Positions 21,888 to 34,200 of a stretch of 64,000 nucleotides of DNA are shown here, piece after piece. The stretch's first letter is position 1. The number at the start of each line of letters is the position of its first letter. The notes below the pieces were generated by a model, which saw nothing but the letters and a program-made list of their open reading frames with translations, ran no database searches and was not told where the DNA came from. Source of the stretch: Chlorokybus atmophyticus (Eukaryota; Plantae; Mesostigma and Chlorokybus algae). The stretch is taken from NCBI GenBank assembly GCA_009103225.1, contig RHPI01002533.1, positions 7,793-71,792 on the forward strand. Direction: 5' to 3'. The position numbers and the translations under genes were made by a program.

Positions 21888-22328
21888 GGACCCCACCCAC
21901 ACAGCCGAGATCGTCCAGCAATGTGTGGTCATCAATGCCGGCTCCTTCGACTTTCTGCTTGGGCAAGACTTCAACTTCCCTGTGGGCATGGGCCTTGACT
22001 GCTGGACAGAGCGAGCGTGGTTTTGGCCACATTGGGATGAGGATGACGGAGAGGTGCAGGGTTTCCTGCCTCTCGAGTTGGTCTTGCGCACGCGCGCCCA
22101 ACGCAAAGTGGCTGCCGTGGCCACATGCAACCACGCCCGCACACGGGAGGCTGCAATGACCACATACGACGGCGCTCGGACGCAAGTCGCTGCTGGTGCC
22201 ACGGTCCCGTGTCGAACCGTCGACTCCTCTCCTACCCCGTGCAACGAGGAGCAGGCGGATGCTACCGTGGAAGTAGCATTATAAGACCCAGCTGAACGGC
22301 GCTGGCGCGCACAGGTGACGCACACGTC

Positions 22329-23450
22329 TTGCTCAGCCATCCACTGATCACCACGCGCTTCCCCAACTATCGAAGCCACAACAAGGTGCAGGACCACCAT
22401 ACGGTGGCCACCGGAGTGGTGGAGTTCCACACCTTTCGCAGGCAACGGGGCATCACAGTGTTGGAGCTGTTTGGAGGCATTGGCAGCGGTCTTGCCGCGG
22501 TCCTCAACACGGGTGTGAAGGTTGTCAAATACTATTACTGCGACCCAGATCCACACGCGCAAACGGTCCTCAAGCACCACTTACGCCAACCGCACAAAAG
22601 GTATTCACATCAACTACCCCTCTCGGCGTTGCAAGGCAGCCTCAAAGCATTGCCACAAGACATCCGGCTAATCACCGAAGATCACCTACTGTCCCTCGGC
22701 AACGTCGACCTATTTATAGCTGGGTGGGAAAGCCAAGGGCACTCCAGGGCAGGCAAGGGGCAAGGCCTCGAAAACCCTCGCTCCGGGCTGTTTTGGGAGC
22801 TAATGAGAATCATCCACCTCCATCAACACTTCCAGATCTCCAGACCCCTGGGGTACGTCATCGAAAATGTGCATTCAGAGGACGACAAGCGTCCGCACGT
22901 GGCCTCCAGCTACCGACAAGTTTGCTCCATTTTGGGGCACCCACTCAAGGTGAACGCGGCACGACATGGCTCTCGCGCACATCGTGTACGTGCCGAGTGG
23001 ACAAACTTGGCCACCGTGGAGGAACTCATAACCGCAGAATACACGCGCAGCGCTCGGCCGCGCAACCTGCTCGTCAATGACATCCTTGACCCCGGCCGCA
23101 AAGCACAACCTGTTCTGCGTCATGATCACCACCACTTCTACCCGTGCAATCAGCCCGGTCAGCCCCGGCGCGCACTCCCCACATTGATGTCCTACCCAGG
23201 CTCCTACGCGTTCCGGAACGGTGGAGACGGGATGGTGTTTGATGCGACCACCAACAGGCTGGAGGAACCCAACGCACGAGAACGTAAACGCGCCATGGGA
23301 TTCTTCCCCAACAGCATCACGGGTTCATCGCTGACAGATAGTCAGCAATGCCAGCTGCTTGGCCGCGCCATGGACCAGACAGCATGGTATGGCTGCTGGA
23401 GCTGAGCTTCGCATTGCAGGACCGCCACGTGTCCTTCGAGGATTTCGAAC
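22329..23450 (+). pseudogene. DNMT3-like C5-cytosine methyltransferase domain of Gypsy G1 (catalytic Cys read as Ser; frameshift near C-terminus)
   Basis: TVLELFGGIGSG (I), DLFIAGWESQG (IV), YVIENV (VI), GSRAHRVRAEWTNL (cf. DNMT3 SAAHRARYFWGNL), ERKRAMGF (IX), LLGRAMD (X). Confidence 0.9.
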
Positions 23451-26400
23451 ACTTGGCTGGGGGGTGGGCTGATCGCGTAACCGACACCAAGGCAGCTCAC
23501 ACAACCCTCGAAGTGGTCCACATGGAGGAGCAAGCAGCAGTGACAGTGGAGGACATTCCCGTGGTTGCCAATGCAACCTCCTGGGACCATGCCATTGGCC
23601 CGTTGACCACAGAAGACACTCGAGAGAAGCTGGAGGCTCTCCTCAACAAATGGAGGAGCCAATTCAGCTTCAATGTGAAGGAATTGGGTACATGCTCAGT
23701 GTACCAGATGGACATTGAGCTGGTGGACACGGAGCCGGTGTTCCAGCGGCAATACAGGCTCTCCAAGTTGGAAGAGGACCTGGTGGGACAGAGATGTAAG
23801 GCGCTGCTTGATGCAGGCCTTATCGAAGAGTCCACATCGGACTTCGCAGCAGCAACCGTCATGCCACTGAAGAAGGATTCAGCAGGCAACTGGACAGAGC
23901 GATGCATGTGTGGCGGCTATCGCCCCCTCAACAACAAGACCAAGCAAGACCGGTACCCCATGTCCACAGCAGAGGGTATCTTTGATGATGTGGGAGACTG
24001 CACAGTCTTCAGCATCCTGGACATGCGTCAAGGGTACAACCAAATCGCCATCAAGGATGAGGACAAGCACAAGACCTCCTTCTGGGGCAACCGATAGTTG
24101 TACCAATGGAAGGTAATGCCGTTCGGGCTGAAGAATGCCCCCGCCAAGTTTCAACGCGTCATGGACAAGGCCTTGAAGGGGCTGGACTGCGCGCGATGCT
24201 ACATCGATGACATCCTCATTTTCAGCCGCAGCAACGAGGAGCATCTTCAGCACATCGAAGCGGTGCTGGAACGACTCAAGGGAGTGGGGATGGCCGTACA
24301 CCCCGACAAGTGTACCTTCTTCACCCACAAGGTGCCGTACTTAGGGCACATGATTGTGCCCCATGGTGTGTATGTGCAGCAGGCAAAAGTAGAGGCTCTG
24401 GCAGCTATCCCCGCCCCGACAGACCTCACACATCTGCGCGCTTTTTTGGGACTTGCCAACTACTATCGCCGGTTCGTGAAGGACTTCGCGAAAATCGCAA
24501 GGCCCCTCAACGAGCTACTGAAGAAGGAGGTGGAGTTCGCATGGAAGGAGCCGCAACAGCAGGCCTTCGAGGAGCTGAAGAGCAGGCTCACCACCGCTCC
24601 CATCCTTCAACGTCCGGACTACGCCAAGCTTTTCATCCTTCACACCGACTGGAGCAAGCTGGGGATGGGAGCGGTGCTGGTGCAGCACGATGAGAACAAG
24701 AAGAAGCGGGTGCCAGCCGAAGCAACAACAGCGCCGAGGCCAACTACAGCAGCCACGAAGGGGAGTGCCTCGCTGCAGTGTGGGCTATCTCCTTCTTCCG
24801 ACCTTTCCTCTGTCGTGCCAAATCCTATCGTTGCGCGAGGATGTCGTCCACCAGCTCGTCATGGCCTCATCATGCTGCACCTTTTCCACCTTCACATGTT
24901 GTAGCTTCCTCCATGCATGTCTGCTAGCTCAGGATCCTCCCGAAGCTGCCGCACTAGTGTACATACTCATACACATGACACAACACTCACAACAAGCGCG
25001 TATTACACCCCCTCCAGCTGGTGTTCACGACCCGAGAATGCCAGCTGACCTCCTCACGCGTCTTCATCCACACGCGCCATCGCATCCGTCCACCCCCTCG
25101 CTTCGAGTTGAGCGCAAGTAACAAGCGCGTGTCTTAGCCAACCTAGACTCAAGCACGGGCTTCTATACTTGCAATTGGCATGTGATGCACGGGGAGATGA
25201 GGCTAAGTCCGTTCGCAAGGTGTGGCACACGCTCATACACTTCACACAAGCATATCCATGCACGTGCACACTCAAGGCAAGCACACAAGCAAGGCAAGTT
25301 GAGGCCTCTCCAAGTAGCTGTATGCTCCCAATAGAACAAGGGACTTGCGCTCAACTAGCTGCAACACAAGTCAAGAACACTTACATACCCTCCTACCATG
25401 CCTCCACAACCGTTTTAACCACTTTAGCTGCCACAACTACCATACAACTCCCAAATCAGTCATAACCAGCGATTTTCAGTCACATGTGAGTCCTACCAGC
25501 GTAATTGAGTTACACCTCGATGTAATGACCGTAACTCAGCTTTATCTCATGAAATATGACCTCAAAAGCCCTCATAATCGATGCGTTGCGCCACCGACAC
25601 GCACGCGCATGACACCTCTTTGGTCGACAGTTCCAACTGATCACCGATCATCAGCCCCTCAAATGGCTGATGACCAACCAACATCTGACAGCGAAACTTG
25701 CTCGATGGGCCCTGCTGTTGCAGGAATACGACTTCGAGATCGACCACCGCGCAGGCCTCACCAACCAAGACGCCAATGGCCTCAGTCGCAACCCTCACCT
25801 TAGCACCAACGACGAAACTGGAGCTCGGCATGAGCTCGTCCCTGCAGCAACAGCCCCCACCATGGCAGCCATGTTTGCTGCTGCCGAGTTGCGCTCAGGG
25901 CGCAAGACCAACACCACGGCCTCAGCAGTGGCAGAGGAGATTCCTGCCCTTGATCCTACCGGCCCTGCGGCAACCACACCCTTGGGAGACGCCCACGCAG
26001 CCGACATTGACGTCGATGACACTGAGCTGGCGCCCACTGACACCAGGCAGGACATATGGCAGGACAAGCCATCACTCTCCTTTCTTCAAAGTGGCCAGCT
26101 TCCCTCCGGCATGAGCGCCCGAGAGAAGGACCAAGTCAACCAACGCACCCGTTACTATCGATGGGCAGGTGACAAGCTGTATCGCCGCTTCCACGACGAA
26201 GATAAGGAAGTGCCGACACCGGTCACGCACGAGGGCATCATCACTTCCCTCCACACTGAGCTTGGACACTTCGGTGTCAAGCGTCCAGTCAGCCTAGTGA
26301 GGGCACAATATTGGTGGTATGGGTTAACAAAACAGGTGCAGGGGTTCGTCAGCCACTGCCAGCAGTGTGACATGGTGCGCGCCAGCCTCAACACGCGTAG

Positions 26401-27514
26401 CGCCACCTTGCACCCACTCCCCATCTCCGGTCTCTTTTACCGATGGGGACTCGACATCTTGGGGGACTTGGCACCCTCAGCGCGTGGCAACCGTTACATC
26501 CTGGTCATGATCGAGCACGTCTCCAAATGGGTGGAGCTGGTACCGTTACCCGACAAGAGCAGCAGGGGGGTGTCTCAAGCCTTCCTCTCTCACGTTCTCA
26601 GCCGATTTGGCAGCTGTGCCGAGGTCATCACTGACCAAGGTATTGAGTTCAGAGGGGAATTCGACACCCTCTTGGACAAATGTTACATCGACCACCGGCG
26701 TACCTCGCGTGATCACCCTCAAGCCGACGGTCTCGCCAAGCGTACAGTGCAGACCATCAAGAAGGCACTTCGCAAGTACGTGCTGGAGTACGAGAAGAAC
26801 ACTTGGGATGACCACCTCCCGTGGGTGGCCCTCGGATATCGATTGTCAAAGCAGGCGGCTCTGCGGGAGTACAGCCCGTACTACCTGCTGTTCGGGCGAC
26901 CACCATTGCTCCCCTTCCGTGCGCAGCAGGAGGTGGATCGCGTCGTGAACAACCTCGACGACCCTGACTGGATGCACCACGACATCACCACGCGCGCCGC
27001 GCTTTTCGAGCGCACCGTCCCCATGGCCTTCAACAACCTGCGCATCGCGCAGCATCGCGACACGCTGCGCTACGAGCGCGTACGCAGCGGCTTCTACAGG
27101 GAGCGCCAACGGTGGTTCCAAGCGGGGGACTTTGCCTATCGCATGGCAGCCACCAAAGACACGCTTGACACCTCCGTAGGCCGCACCGTCTACAAGGTAC
27201 TCAAAGTGTACCCCACAGGGGTGCTGGACCTCTTTGGTCAAAACGGAGAGAGATTGAAGGACAACATGGAAAACTATGCGCTATGTCACCTTCCTTATGT
27301 AGCCGGCTTCGGGCGTACCCAGCACCCTCGTCTCGCGCGCAGCACACGCTGTGAACGCTGCGGCAGCGCCGGCGACGACGCACTCATGATGCTCTGCAAT
27401 GGCTGCAACAAGGGCCTGCATTGCTACTGCCTGGAGCCACCTTTGGACGTGATACCTATGGAGGAGTATTGGTGCGACGATTGCCGTATCAACGGCCCTC
27501 CTCACTTGCGCTAG
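23348..27514 (+). pseudogene. Gypsy G1 pol: RT, RNase H (split by a solo LTR), integrase and C-terminal PHD finger
   Basis: YRPLNNKT, ILDMRQGYNQI, MPFGLKNAPAKFQR, YIDDILIFS, LHTDWS, ARWALLLQEYDF, HTELGH...CQQC, and CERC...LCNGC...HCYC...WCDDC. In-frame TAG at about 24095. Confidence 0.93.
24811..25614. mobile_element. Solo LTR (804 bp) inserted in G1 RNase H
   Basis: Termini TGTCGTGC...GCATGACA and a 4-bp TSD CCTC. Removing it restores the reading F-R-P-F-L-F-G-R-Q-F-Q-L-I-T-D-H-Q-P-L. Confidence 0.88.
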
Positions 27515-27802
27515 CAGCTGAGCTCTGGAGCTGGAACCTCCCCCAGAGCCCAGGGGGGGTGGCTTGTTGACTGTGTGTCCTGCAGCACCGCATGTACACT
27601 AGGGAGAACACCGACTCCACCTGCCCGTACTACCCAGCAGCAGCAGACCAGCTGCACAAAGCACTTGTCACCATGAAGGTTGGGGTCATCTTTTGTTTTT
27701 GCTGCGCGTTACACAGGTGGCGCAGCAGCATGTCCAGCAAGCATGGCTGTTTATGCAGCTGTCAAAGACAGCGTGACCCTAAACTCCCCTCGACCAGACA
27801 GC

Positions 27803-28202
27803 TGTCATGCCTATCGCTGTAGGCATGCCAGTCGTCATCGGGCATGCCTACAGCGAGACCCTCGCCCGGCTTACCAGCATGGCGACCCACGCGCGTCACT
27901 GACCAGTAGCTAGGTCATGTCTCTAGAGTAGCTCATGACCATAGTCTGCATAGGCACCGCGCGTAGCTGTTAAGTTGTGAGTTCAATTATAAGTCGGGTT
28001 CTATATCGAGTGGGGATTTCCGGTGGAAATAGCCTCGATATGACCGTTAGCTTATGTTCTGGACAGTCATGAGTTGACTTGTATAAGTAGGCACAGTGTT
28101 CACCGGATCAGCTGGTGACATTGTAAGTGAGAAAGCTAAGAGCTTGTGAAGCGACTTAAAGTACGAAACACGCCGTCCCGGTTCCCCAGCATCCCCTCAA
28201 CG
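27803..28202. mobile_element. Possible further LTR fragment adjacent to the G1 3' LTR
   Basis: Starts TGTCATGCC like the 24811 solo LTR. No clear TSD or right end. Confidence 0.25.
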
Positions 28203-31200
28203 TGTGAGAGCCTGTGCATGTTCTTGTGCACTGTGCTTGTCTTTGCTGTGAGCTTTGTGTACCTGGTCGCGGGGTACTTGTTGGCATCAGTCAGGGCATA
28301 GCATCCACGTGTTGCGTGCTCATTCACCTCACATAACAGTGTAATTTCTCTTCCACTCATGCAAAGAACTGTGTAAACAGCGGTACCTATAGTTGGCTTG
28401 TTGACTGTGTGTCCTACAGCACCGCATGTACACTAGGGGGAACACCGACTCCACCTGCCCGTACTACCCAGCAGCAGCAGACCAGCTGCACAAAGCACTT
28501 GTCACCATGAGGGTTGGGGTCATCTTTTGTTTTTGTTGCGCGTTATACAGGTGGCGCAGCAGCATGTCCAGCAAGCATGGCTGTTTATGCAGCTGTCCGA
28601 GACAGCGTGACCTTCGACTCCCCTCGACCCGACATCTGGCCCAACAGACGAGGGGGGTGATCGCCCCGTTGCTACCCGCCTTGTTGGAAGACGTGCCTGA
28701 AGATCAACGGAGGCCAGGGAGAAGCTACCTCACAAAGCAAGGGTGGACACAACGGAATGGAGCAGGTTCAATCGGGGTACAGCAACTTCGCACTGCCTTG
28801 TTGCGAGCAACCATGCTGCACCGACAGGAAAGCATCGGCCTGAGACGGATGTTGGGGATACGGTAAGGTGGTAATGCAGCTCGAGCAAGACTGGTGACTT
28901 GGCTAGTCACCAATCACCCCGCAGTCCCCCAATTCGCATGCGGCACCAGATTGTTTTGGTTAATCGCCTTCCTGCGCTCGCATGGCAAGCCTATGACGAG
29001 GTTGCCTCGACGGCCACTGACACCTTAGAAGGAGCAAAAGAGGCCATACTGAGGTTGCCAGGGGTGGAAGCAGCGCGGCAACATAGACGCATCGCAGCTG
29101 CTTACGAGCAGCATGTCCAACAGCGAGAGATTTACCTCACTGTGCGAGCGCGAGCAACAACGGTGCTGGAAGTGGGGGTGGTCAATGGCAGATGGGATGC
29201 CTACATGGCAGGGAATTTAAGGGTTCCCACCATCACCCACGACATAAGAGCGCGGCTCCTGTGCGCAGTGTATCTCCAGCCCACGCCTCAGTCACGTGGG
29301 AAGGTACGCTGGTCAGGGAGGCAACTCATGCAGTATGCTGGACTTATGTGGAAGAATAGGCTGCACGGGAGGCTGGCTCACAAACACCCGGTCCTCCAGG
29401 GTTCCCCCAACAGCCACTGACTACGCCGCCAGGAATGACCCCGGCCACACAGAGGCGCAATCCCCCTGCACCGCAATCAGGGCAGCCACAGGCAGCACCG
29501 CCAGCACCCAGGCCACAGCGTGTTTATCAACAGCCAAGACAAGGACGGTTTGGGCCAGGCCGCGGTCAAGGAGGTGCTCAAGACCTAGCTGGTCGAGGGG
29601 CGCTTGCCGCACTGCGCTCGATACCACCGGAGGAGACTGCAGCAGCAGACACCCCACGCACACGCTACCGACGATTCAAGCGGCTGCGCATCAACGCCAA
29701 TGCAGCCATGATCGCCAACCAAGGCAAGCATGTCACTATCAATGGACGAGCACCCAAGCGTGTAATGCTGGACTCTGCAGCCCAGCATGTCATCATCGGA
29801 CGTTACCTCGCACGCAGCCTTGGCATCACCAGCGCTGAGCTGATGCCGTGCCCATACGTACTCGGCACCGCAACCGACAGCCGAAACAAGGTGATTGGCA
29901 TCACCAAGCAAGCCCTCTGCATTTGCTTGACAGGAGTGGACCTGTCCCACAGCACCGAGGTCATACAGATGTGTGTGGTTATTGACGCAGGATCCTTCGA
30001 TCTGCTGTTGGGACAGGACTTCAACTTCCCTGTTAGCATGGGGCTGGACTGCTGGACAGAGATGGCATGGTTTTGTTCTCATTGGGATGAGGAGGACGGA
30101 GAGGTTCAAGGATACCTGCCTCTCGAGCTGGTGCCTCGCACTCGTTCCCACTGGAGGTCAGCTGCAACAACCACCTACAGCTGGTCGTTGTCGACAACCA
30201 TTAACAGGTCAGCTGCGACAACCACCTACAGGTCGGGTTCGACAACCACTAACAGATCATCTGCGGTGGTCACCCACAATACGGACCAAGACTCTCCTAT
30301 CCCATACGACGAGTCTCAAGAAGATGCCACTGAAGAAGTGGCCCACCAGAAACCTGCGCAACGCCGCTGGCGCGCACAGGCGGTCGCACATCTTCTACTG
30401 ACCAGACCACGGCTCACTTCACGGTTCCCTCTCTACAAGGACCAAGCTGCGGTGTAGGAACAACACCAAGTGGCCACTGGAGTAGTGTGATTTTACACAT
30501 TCCGTCGCCAACAACGCATCACCGTGTTGGAACTATTTGGAGGAATAGGTAGTGGCCTCGCCGCTGACCTCAACACCGGCGCGACGGTCACTAAGTACTT
30601 CTACTGTTCCTGATCCACACGCACAAATTGCCCTGGGCCACCACCTGCGCCATCTACACAAATGCTACCCGCAGCGACTGCCGCTATCGGCACTGCCACA
30701 GGACATCCGTGTAATCTCTGCGGATCACCTCCTAACGGTGGGCAACATCAACCTGCTGATAGCAAGATGGGAGTGTCAAGGACACTCCAGAGCAGGCAGC
30801 GGCTAAGGACTCGCTAATCCTCGCTCACCATTGTTTTGGGAACTGATGCGTGTCATCAAAATCCTGCAGAGCAGCCAGCTGTCCAGGCCTTCAGGATACC
30901 GTATCGATGATGTGACATCATCGAGAATGTGCACTCCGAGGACGATAAGCGCCATCACGTGGCCAACAGCTTCCAATAGGTGTGTTCCTTTCTGGGACAT
31001 CCTTTTAGAATCAACGCAGCGCGGCATGGCTCCCGTGCTCATCGCGTCCGCACCAAGTGGACCAACCTGGCAGCAGTCGAAGATCTTTTTGCTGATGAAT
31101 ATCTGCACAGCAGTCGTCCACACGATCTGACCATTGACGCTATGCTGGACTCTGGGCGCACAGCACAACCAATTACCCGACACGAACACCAGCACCTCTA

Positions 31201-34200
31201 CAAGTGCAACCAGCCTGGTCAACCACGTCGTGCGTTCCCCATTTTGGTGTCTTATCCGGGATCATACGCCTTCCACAACCACGGTGTAGGCATGGTGTTG
31301 GATTTCAACACAGGCCAGCTAGAGGAACCCAACGCACGTGAGCGCGAACGCGCCATGGGCTTCTCTCCCGGCAGAATCACAGTTCTACGCCGACCAACAA
31401 TCAGCAATGCCAATTGTTGGGACGCGCCATGGATCAGAACAGCATGATATGGTTGTTGGAAATGTGCTTTGCTCTCCATGACCGCCATGTGTCCTTCCAG
31501 GAGCTCGACACTCCAGATTGACCAACAATGCAACCGAAGCTTGGCACGAGCTCGGCCCCGCAACAGCAGCTCCCACTGTGGCCATGTTTGCTGTTGCCGC
31601 GTTACGGTCAGGGCGCCAGATCAACACCACCTCAACGACAAAAGAGATTCCTGCCCTTGAATGTACCGACCCCACATTAACCACACCCCTAGGAGACGTC
31701 CACGCAGTCGACATCGAAGTCGACGACACTAAGCTGGCACCCACCGACACCAGGCAGGACTTATGGCTGGACAAGCCATCGCTCTCCTTTCATCAAAATG
31801 GCCAGCTTCCTCCGACTTGAGTGCACGAGAGAATGATCGTGTCAATCAACACACCCGCCACTATCGGTGGGCGGATGACAAGGTGTAGCGCCGCGTCTAG
31901 GACGAGGACAAGGAGGTGCCAACACCAGCCATACATGAGGGCATCATCGCAGCCCTCCACACTAAGCTTGGACACTTCAGTGTCAAGCGTACCGTTAGCC
32001 TGGTAAGGGTGCAATATTGGTGGTATGGGCTGTTCAAACAGGTACAGAGGTTCGTCAATCGCTGCCAGCAGTGTGACATGGTATGCGCCAGCCTCAACAC
32101 ACGCAGCGCCACCTTGCACCCACTCCCCATCTCCGGTCTCTTTTACCGATGGGGGCTCGACATCTTGGGAGACTTGGCACCCTCGGCACGGGGCAACCGC
32201 TACATCCTGGTCATGATCAAGCACTTCTCCAAATGGGTGGAGCTGGTGCCATAACCCGACAAGAGCAGCAGGGGGGTGTCTCAAGCCTTCCTCTCCCATG
32301 TCCTCAGCCGGTTTGGCAGCTTCGCTGAGGTCATCACCGACCAGGGCACTGAGTTCAAAGGGGAGTTCGACACCCTGCTGGACAGATGCTACATCGATCA
32401 TCGCCGTACTTCGCGTGACCACCCTCAAGCCGACGGTCTCGCCGAGCGGACAGTACAGACCATCAACAAGGCACTCCGCAAGTATGTGCTGGAGTATGAT
32501 AAGAACACCTGGGACGACCATCTTTCGTGGGTGGCTCTGGGTTACCGGTTGTCAAAACAGGCGGCTCTGCGCGAGTACAGCCCATACTACCCGCTGTTCG
32601 GGCGTCCGCCGTTGCTTCCCTTTCGTGCACAGCAGGAAGTAGACCGTGTGGTAAACAACCTCGACGATCCCAACTGGGTGCACCACGACATCACCACACG
32701 CGCCACGCTGTTCAAGCACACCGTCCCGATGGCCTTCAACCACCTGCGCATCGCACAACACCACGACACTCTGCGCTACGAGCGCGTGCGGAGCGGCTTC
32801 TACAAGGAGCGCCAATGGCGGTTTCAAGTAGGGGACTTTGCCTATTGCATGGCGGCCACCAAGGACACGCTCTACACCTCCGTGGGCCGCACCGTCTACA
32901 AGGTACTCAAGGTGTACCCCACAGGAGTGCTGGACCTCCTTGGTCAGAATGGCGAGAGGTTGAAAGACAACATGGTGGACTGCGCGCCATGTTACCTCCC
33001 TTACATAGCGGGCTTTGCGCGCATCCAGCACCCTCGCCCCGCCCGCAGCGCACGCTGTGAACGCTGAGGCTGTGCCGGCAACGACGCACTCATGATGCTC
33101 TTCGACGGATGCAACAAGGGCCTGCATTGCTACTGTCAGGAGCCCCCATTGACGCAATACCCATCGTCACAAAATGTTTCCCATGCCGGCCGACTGAATA
33201 TTGGCAACGGCCGTGCACCTGAGGATACTCCTTTGGTGTAACAGCACCACTGTCGCCGGTGATGCCCCTTCAATCCTCTACCCCAACACCCACACCGCCT
33301 ATGACAAGCCTTTCAACGGCGTGGCCGCCACTGAGCAGAAAACTGAAAGTCCCCACATCAGTTTGATTTGACCTTTTATATCAAGAGTATATAAATTATA
33401 TACCTCTCGATAATTAACTTACAACTAGACATCGACCCTATAGATAGGGTAGTTAGGAAATCTAGCGTGAGCCAATCATAGCTCGGATAAGGTACTTATC
33501 AATAAGGTACCTATCCAAAGATACCTATCGTAAGGTACCTAACGAAATAGTGATCACATTTAGTGTCACATTTTATCAAATGTGACACTAAATAGGCTTG
33601 AATAAGCGGTTTTACACCCATTTGGACTTATTTAAGCTATGATAAAGCATAATAGCCTTTGATAAGCGAGGACCCGTAAAAAAGAGGGATAAATAAGCAT
33701 AATTGGATACTTATTTATAAATAATGGGTTATTTAGGTAGCAATAATACCCTTATTGTTATTGCTCCCGTTACATTCCCCCCCACTTGGGTTTTCAACGT
33801 CCTCGTTGAACTCAAGTTGATCAGGCTTGATTTCGAGTAATTGTAACGAGTGAGATAGCAGGAAATGACAGGGAGGTAATGAAACTGCACTGCCAGTCTG
33901 TTATAAAACCAAGCCCACAGTTTATGGGACAGGACGTGATTCCCAATAAGCTCGAAGCAACTCGCGGCAATGCGTAAAATGCCTGTCGGGCTCCCAATTG
34001 TTATGTTCTGAGCCATACCCTTTCCATTTCAATTAAATAGCGAGTTACGCGTCCTTGACTATTCAGCTTATGGTTCAATATAGCTTCCACCTCGTATTCG
34101 AGCTCGCTGTCCACCTCAGCTGGCGGTGGTGGAGGCTGTGTTCTACCATCTGAGCGGTAAGGTTTCAACAAGTTCATATGGAACACGTTGTGTATACGCA

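Larger units (their letters stand above)
19682..27800 (+). mobile_element. Ty3/Gypsy element G1 encoding a DNMT3-like methyltransferase and an integrase-PHD finger (5' end lost at the Copia-B junction)
   Basis: Order gag (19851-20687), protease (MLDTGAQ), MTase, RT (YIDD), RH, IN (WGLDILG, GLAKRTVQ), PHD, G-run PPT, LTR about 27565-27800 (TGTTGAC...GACA). Several stops and frameshifts, plus two nested insertions. Confidence 0.93.

Noticed and set aside
19682-33160. DIRS/tyrosine-recombinase element (suggested by the MTase domain)
   Set aside because: A DDE integrase, direct TG...CA LTRs and a PPT are present and no tyrosine recombinase is seen, so it is Gypsy.
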